From a virus, in IMG/VR virus record IMGVR_UViG_3300030104_006433, positions 1-64,000 of that record: a stretch of 64,000 nt of DNA; one strand, 5' to 3'. Below are positions 58,896 to 64,000 of this stretch, piece after piece. Positions within the stretch are counted from its first letter, which is position 1, and each line of letters starts with the position of its first letter. A program made the translations under genes and the position numbers. A model generated the notes under the pieces. The model worked only from the letters and a program-made list of their open reading frames with translations. It was not told the origin of the DNA and searched no databases.

Positions 58896-59066
58896 ATGAA
58901 TTCAAATGAAATCTATATGAAAATGGCCGAGTTATGGACTGAGATGTCTTTAGAACACTCAAAAACCAGTAAAGCAGCACATGGCCGAGCAAGAAGTGCA
59001 GCGACAAAAATAAAAAAGCTAATTGGTGAATATAAAAAAGCATCAGTAGCAGAAGACAAAGCTTAA
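58896..59066 (+). CDS. 56-aa histone H1-like (Hc1-family-like) basic protein
   Basis: KAAHGRARSAATKIKKLIGEYKKAS resembles the Bacteroidota Hc1-like KAAG.RARK.S...K..K..RK.S. Confidence 0.55.
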   Translation: MNSNEIYMKMAELWTEMSLEHSKTSKAAHGRARSAATKIKKLIGEYKKASVAEDKA

Positions 59067-59069
59067 AAA

Positions 59070-62000
59070 ATGAAAGATTTTGATCTGAGAAAATACCTTT
59101 CAGAAAATCCTTTACTAGAAGACACATCTACTAGTGAGGATTTTTTGGGTTTATTAATGGAAATCGCAATTGAAAATTATTGTGAAGAAAATAATATTCT
59201 AAAAGAAAACTTAAATGAAAATTTTCTTAAAAAATTAAAATCTAAATTTTCAAAAATACCATCTAAAGTAAAATCAAAAATAAAAGATACTATAGATGAT
59301 GTAAAATCTAAAACTAAGGATACAAAAGAGTTTTTTAAAGATATAACTTCAATTCCTAAAGATTTAGACCCACAAAAACTTCTTAGAACTATCCAAATAT
59401 TAAAAACGAAGAAAAACCTAAATGAAGAAGACTTAGGTGAATTTACTTCAATAGAACAAATTAAATCACTAAAACCTGGTGATACTTTCACTTGGAAAGG
59501 AGAAAAAATAGAAGATTTTACAGCTAATGATATGCCTGTATATAATGATGATGCAGGAAAAGAGGATGGAATTTTAAAACCCAATGTAATATATGTAGTA
59601 TCAACTCCTGATTCATTTGAAGATGGAAATGGAGACCTAATAAGAATGCCAGGATTTATTGGTTCAAAAGAATATTTTGAAGAGGTAGAAGAATCTAAAG
59701 AGGGAATGTGGGCTCGTAAAATGTTTGACAAATATCCCTGGACAGAAAAACTATTAAGAGTTCTTTTTGCTAGTATTGGTATTGGAAGTGTTGCTTTAGG
59801 AGTTGCTGACATAGAAAAATTAGCTGGGGATGACGAGAACGTATCAAAAGGTGGAGAGGCAGGCACAGCTCAAGACCCCTATGCAGATTTTTTACAAGAT
59901 GGTGATGGAAGCGCTCTAACAGACACAGATGATGTTCAAACAGGAAATGTAAAAATTATTAGAACAGATGCTGCTAATTCAACTTTTGATAGTATAGTAG
60001 ATCAAGTAGAACAAGCCTTAGATGATGCTAATGTAAATATTGGTGATACTAATTTAGATAATACTGATACTAATAGTGCAGCAGTTCAAACTTATGATGT
60101 AGGAGAATATGAACTTTCAGATAGTCAAAAAAGTGAAATAGTTAAAGATCTTGTTGGTAATGGATTAGAAGATCTAAATAAAAAATTAGAAGATTTAAAA
60201 GGTAAAAATGTAACATCATTTGATTTTAATATTGATTATGGAGGAACTGTATCAAATCAAGCTGATGGAGATAGTAATCAAGCTAATGATGGTAATGATT
60301 TAATAGATGGAAGGATAAGCACAGCTGAAGAAATTAGTAAACTAGTTGGAGAACAAATCACAAAAATTATTAAAAATGCTTTAGGAGATAATGTAGAAGT
60401 TAACATTAACTACAATAAAGTAGATACTCATAATAGTGTCTCGAACCAAACAGTACAAGATGCTGTTGATAATATGGGAACTCAAAGTTCATTTGAGACT
60501 GTAAGTATAGGAGATATAGTGGCTGAAGATGTTCCACCAACAGAAACACCAAATGATATTCCAAATCTAATATATAATTTCTTATATACTAGATACAAAC
60601 CAGATGATGGGAAAAGGTTAACTGCTAAAGATTCTCCATCTTCAAAAACAGATTCAAAATCAACAACTTCAACATCACCAAAAGAAAAAGGAGTTGATAT
60701 AGCTAAAACAGACAATTTTGATAATATGAATCGTCATAATCAAATTGCTGTTATTTTACACCAAATAAATCCTTCATTAAACATTTATGATAAACTTAAA
60801 AGTGAAGGTATTAAAAGTGAATTAACTGGCCAGCTTGATGATATTTTAAAAAATGAAAAAGCATCTAATGAATTAAAAAAATTAGCTAAACTGATAGTAA
60901 CAATTAGAAAATCACCAAATGCTTTTTTAAAGAAAGTAGCCAAAGCTACAGGTGTAGAATTTTCTATTAGAGCTAAAGCTAAAATGACTGGGTTTGGTAA
61001 AAAAGGCAAATCAGCAGCTAAATTAGGATTAACTGAAACTGTACTGCAATCTTTAAAAGAGGGCATTATAGATGATATGATTAAAGATGAAGATATAACA
61101 GCTAAAAAAATAGATATTATAGCTTTATTAGGAAGTATGTACAAATCTAATTCTCAAAAAGATGGAAAAAGATTAAGTGTACTTGATCAAAGTAAATTAA
61201 GTGATGAGGATAAATCAAAACTAAAAGGTATTGGATTTTCTACTGATGAAAAAAGTGGAAAATATATGTTCATGGATGATGATGAATATAAAGAATTTGA
61301 GAAAAATAAAGAAAAAACTAAAACAACATCAACATCTAAAAGTACAGATGATGAATTTGTTAATGATCCTAAACTATTTGCTATAGAAGATAGGATGGAA
61401 AAGTTAAAAGCTTTACAAATAGATTTTAAACAATTAGATCAAACCCAAGAAATAGATCCTTTTATATTAGGAATTCTATCATTTGTTAACCCTAAATTTG
61501 AAAATGATAAAAATCTCTTAAAAAGAGTTTTACAAAAAGCATTAAAACAAATAAAAGATAATAATAGAGAACAAAAACAAAATATAGCTAATCAATTAAA
61601 ATCTGAATCTAACATAAAACAAGTAAATGAAGATGTTACAAAAACTAATAAACAAGTTCAAAAAGCAATTCAAACAATAGCTAATGATTCTCAATTACCA
61701 AGAAGAATAAATGCTTTAACTAAATTTGATGATATTGTAGATTTACTTGTAAAAATATTTTTTGACCAAGATGATCCTGATACACAATTCTTCCCAGGAA
61801 CTTCATTCTCAGAGCTTGAACAGGGGTTTTTAAGAGCTATCAGAGCTCTTGATAATGATAAAGATATTCAATCATCATTTGATAAAAGTAAAACCAAAGG
61901 TAAAGAAGATGAAGATAAAGGATTAGATGTGTTTACTAAAACTTATCTTTCAAAGAAAGATGTAGCTAGTCAAATAACAACAGAACAAATTAAATCCTTA

Positions 62001-62738
62001 ATTAAAAATATCATAACAGAAGGTTTAACACCTTCTCAAACAGCTAAAGTCAAAGACAAATATAAACAAATATATTCAGGCATGCTTAAAGGTGATAAGA
62101 AAAAACTTTTAAAGTATATTGATCCTAAATTTGGTAGACCAAATCCTGATGGTATGGCCACAGGTAGAGCTATTAATTTAGTTAAAAAGGAAAAAGATGA
62201 GAATGTAGAAGAATCTAAAACTGAAAAACAAAGAAAATGGGCGTGTGCTCAAGTAGATTCTAAATCTAGACCAAAAGGATTATCTAAAGCTCAAGCTAAA
62301 GAAATGTGTAGTGACACAAATTTATCAAAAAATGAAAGTATGGAAAATACAAGACTAACAGAACTAATTAAAACAGCGCTTAAAGGACCTGTTAAAGAAG
62401 GATATTATGGTACTAGTGATATAGAAAATGTTACTGAATCTTTAGGATATGATGATTTAAATCATTTTTTTAACGACAACCCAGGAGCAGTAGAGGCTTT
62501 AACATCATGGATTGAAAACATTCCTGAATTTAGAAAAAGTTTAGAAAATGATTTTTCAAATCAAGAACTAGAAGAATTAGGTTTTTATAATCTAGATGGA
62601 TATGATACAGATGATGACGATGATATAGAAGAATCATTCCCAGATTTAACTGGAGATGGAAAAATAACTAAAGCTGATATCTTAAAAGGTAGAGGTGTTG
62701 AATTAAAAGAACGTATTTTTAAAGAACTTAGAAAATAA
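59070..62738 (+). CDS. Large putative virion internal/ejection protein
   Basis: MKDFDLRKYLSENPLLE leader; one TM-like segment; C-terminal FPDLTGDGKITKADILKGRG EF-hand-like motif. Confidence 0.55.
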   Translation: MKDFDLRKYLSENPLLEDTSTSEDFLGLLMEIAIENYCEENNILKENLNENFLKKLKSKFSKIPSKVKSKIKDTIDDVKSKTKDTKEFFKDITSIPKDLDPQKLLRTIQILKTKKNLNEEDLGEFTSIEQIKSLKPGDTFTWKGEKIEDFTANDMPVYNDDAGKEDGILKPNVIYVVSTPDSFEDGNGDLIRMPGFIGSKEYFEEVEESKEGMWARKMFDKYPWTEKLLRVLFASIGIGSVALGVADIEKLAGDDENVSKGGEAGTAQDPYADFLQDGDGSALTDTDDVQTGNVKIIRTDAANSTFDSIVDQVEQALDDANVNIGDTNLDNTDTNSAAVQTYDVGEYELSDSQKSEIVKDLVGNGLEDLNKKLEDLKGKNVTSFDFNIDYGGTVSNQADGDSNQANDGNDLIDGRISTAEEISKLVGEQITKIIKNALGDNVEVNINYNKVDTHNSVSNQTVQDAVDNMGTQSSFETVSIGDIVAEDVPPTETPNDIPNLIYNFLYTRYKPDDGKRLTAKDSPSSKTDSKSTTSTSPKEKGVDIAKTDNFDNMNRHNQIAVILHQINPSLNIYDKLKSEGIKSELTGQLDDILKNEKASNELKKLAKLIVTIRKSPNAFLKKVAKATGVEFSIRAKAKMTGFGKKGKSAAKLGLTETVLQSLKEGIIDDMIKDEDITAKKIDIIALLGSMYKSNSQKDGKRLSVLDQSKLSDEDKSKLKGIGFSTDEKSGKYMFMDDDEYKEFEKNKEKTKTTSTSKSTDDEFVNDPKLFAIEDRMEKLKALQIDFKQLDQTQEIDPFILGILSFVNPKFENDKNLLKRVLQKALKQIKDNNREQKQNIANQLKSESNIKQVNEDVTKTNKQVQKAIQTIANDSQLPRRINALTKFDDIVDLLVKIFFDQDDPDTQFFPGTSFSELEQGFLRAIRALDNDKDIQSSFDKSKTKGKEDEDKGLDVFTKTYLSKKDVASQITTEQIKSLIKNIITEGLTPSQTAKVKDKYKQIYSGMLKGDKKKLLKYIDPKFGRPNPDGMATGRAINLVKKEKDENVEESKTEKQRKWACAQVDSKSRPKGLSKAQAKEMCSDTNLSKNESMENTRLTELIKTALKGPVKEGYYGTSDIENVTESLGYDDLNHFFNDNPGAVEALTSWIENIPEFRKSLENDFSNQELEELGFYNLDGYDTDDDDDIEESFPDLTGDGKITKADILKGRGVELKERIFKELRK

Positions 62739-63223
62739 TGACTGTTGAAGAATTAAAAGATAAAATTAAAACTTTAACAGTTAAGGTTATTCAAGACCGA
62801 AAAAAGGCTGAATATGCTGCTGTTGAATTTGATGAATTAACAAAATTCCCTGAACTTAAGGAGGTAATTTTAAACTTGTTAACATCAGATTTTGATTCTT
62901 TTATAGCTTCTATTGATTGGGTAGCTCCAAGACCAACTACATTTAGAATTAATCTTCAAAATGATGAAGAATTTTATTTAATATGGATGAGAAGAAGTTG
63001 GATAGCACAAGTTGAAGGTAAAAAATATTATTTATTAAATCTTCCTGAAGAAGAACGTGCTGTTGAAGCAATAGCTCGTATATTACGTTATGGACCTGCT
63101 TCAACAGAGGAAGAATCAACTGATATTGATACTTCAACTGATACTGATGTAGAAGCAACTAATGATACTGGAGGTGAGGAAGTAGTTATAGATGATGAAA
63201 CTAATGTAGATATAGAAACATAA
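62738..63223 (+). CDS. Hypothetical protein with acidic tail
   Basis: TAATG-coupled ORF. Confidence 0.7.
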   Translation: MTVEELKDKIKTLTVKVIQDRKKAEYAAVEFDELTKFPELKEVILNLLTSDFDSFIASIDWVAPRPTTFRINLQNDEEFYLIWMRRSWIAQVEGKKYYLLNLPEEERAVEAIARILRYGPASTEEESTDIDTSTDTDVEATNDTGGEEVVIDDETNVDIET

Positions 63224-63228
63224 CATAA

Positions 63229-64000
63229 ATGGAGGTTTTAGATAAATTATTTAAAAAATATTCTTATAAATTTGATAAAGGATATCCTGATATGAATAAT
63301 GAACAGGATATTTTGTTATTAGAAAATATTCTTAATGGACTTAATATTAAAGTTAATCTAAAAGAAACAAACTTAGCCAGGAGTGAGTTAAAAAAATATG
63401 AAGATAGAGTTAGATTATTTGTAACTCAAATTCAAGAAAAGAAACCATTTGAAACTGTTAATGGAGAAATAATTAATATAACAAGTATTATTGATAAAGG
63501 TAATGAATTTGACTTAAATGCTGATGTTGAAGAAGTAGTTAATAGTATAATATCAAATAAAGGAACACTTTTTGTTAAAGGAGATATTGATGATAAAGAT
63601 GTTAAAATAAGTACTAATCAATTATCAAAAACTAAAGATTATGGTGGTAGAGGAGCCGGCTCTGGAACTAGAGTTGAAGATGCTTGTCTAGCAGATGCTG
63701 TTTTAGGAATTAATAAACTTGATAATTGCAAACCTGTTAGTATATTATTTAATGGTGTAACATATAATAACATAGTTACTGCCACTACAGTTCCAAAAAC
63801 ACCTAAAGCAGATTTTTCTTTTGATGATGCTGAAGGAAATAGAAAAATATTTGTATCCCACAAAGCAGGTTCAACAGCTAAAGATTTTCAACAATATGGT
63901 GGTGTTTTTGATTTACAGGAATATTCTGAAGTTATGGATTTTGTTGAAGCTGTTAAAGAAGCATTACCTGATTCTGATATTATAGAACCTGGAAATAAAG
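63229..64000 (+). CDS. Partial CDS, putative PD-(D/E)xK-like nuclease (runs off the window)
   Basis: Open from ATG 63229 to the window end; TPKADF...SHK...FQQYGG. Confidence 0.6.
   Translation, partial: MEVLDKLFKKYSYKFDKGYPDMNNEQDILLLENILNGLNIKVNLKETNLARSELKKYEDRVRLFVTQIQEKKPFETVNGEIINITSIIDKGNEFDLNADVEEVVNSIISNKGTLFVKGDIDDKDVKISTNQLSKTKDYGGRGAGSGTRVEDACLADAVLGINKLDNCKPVSILFNGVTYNNIVTATTVPKTPKADFSFDDAEGNRKIFVSHKAGSTAKDFQQYGGVFDLQEYSEVMDFVEAVKEALPDSDIIEPGNK

Noticed and set aside
2277-63863. Minus-strand ORFs in the track (e.g. 2277, 14673, 16021, 27585, 31377, 49439, 58458, 59177, 63639) and the alternate-frame + ORFs 22370 and 49639
   Set aside because: Shadows of well-supported + strand genes with low-complexity S/F/L/I composition; only 25121-25357 occupies its own space
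1-64000. tRNA, rRNA or tmRNA genes
   Set aside because: No cloverleaf with a GTTC(G/A)A T-loop was found by eye in intergenic space; tRNAscan-SE would be needed to exclude them fully
1-64000. Stop-codon reassignment, as in some Bacteroidota phages
   Set aside because: Core genes are full length in code 11, and TAA, TAG and TGA all end tightly coupled genes

Overview
A 64-kb, strongly AT-rich segment of a large lytic tailed phage. Almost all genes are on the + strand, and gp25/gp6/gp5-like baseplate genes indicate a contractile tail. The host is very probably a Bacteroidota/Flavobacteriales bacterium: promoters follow the TTTG-N20-TAnnTTT(G/A) pattern, Shine-Dalgarno sites are not evident, and two genes encode T9SS-type cargo proteins. 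Layout: (i) 1-2.5 kb, end of a late/virion block with a possible spanin pair; (ii) about 2.8-19.5 kb, an early/host-takeover region of small genes driven by about 10 copies of a conserved 70-95 bp promoter+leader cassette, including DNA ligase, a RadA-like ATPase, an SLT-like enzyme and an M43 protease; (iii) about 18.6-20.4 kb, a largely non-coding island of hairpins, palindromes and direct repeats; (iv) 20.4-30 kb, accessory and core genes (MAM/T9SS protein, DUF932, HD hydrolase, gp55-like sigma factor); (v) 30-50.4 kb, baseplate and tail genes; (vi) 50.4-64 kb, GIY-YIG nuclease, primase, exonuclease, a polyvalent enzyme and acidic head-associated proteins. The most striking unexplained element is a hairpin RNA candidate at 16835-16905, colinearly antisense to both conserved blocks of the shared early-mRNA leader, which suggests a one-sRNA master switch for the early regulon. 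All functional calls come from motif recognition by eye; no searches were run.
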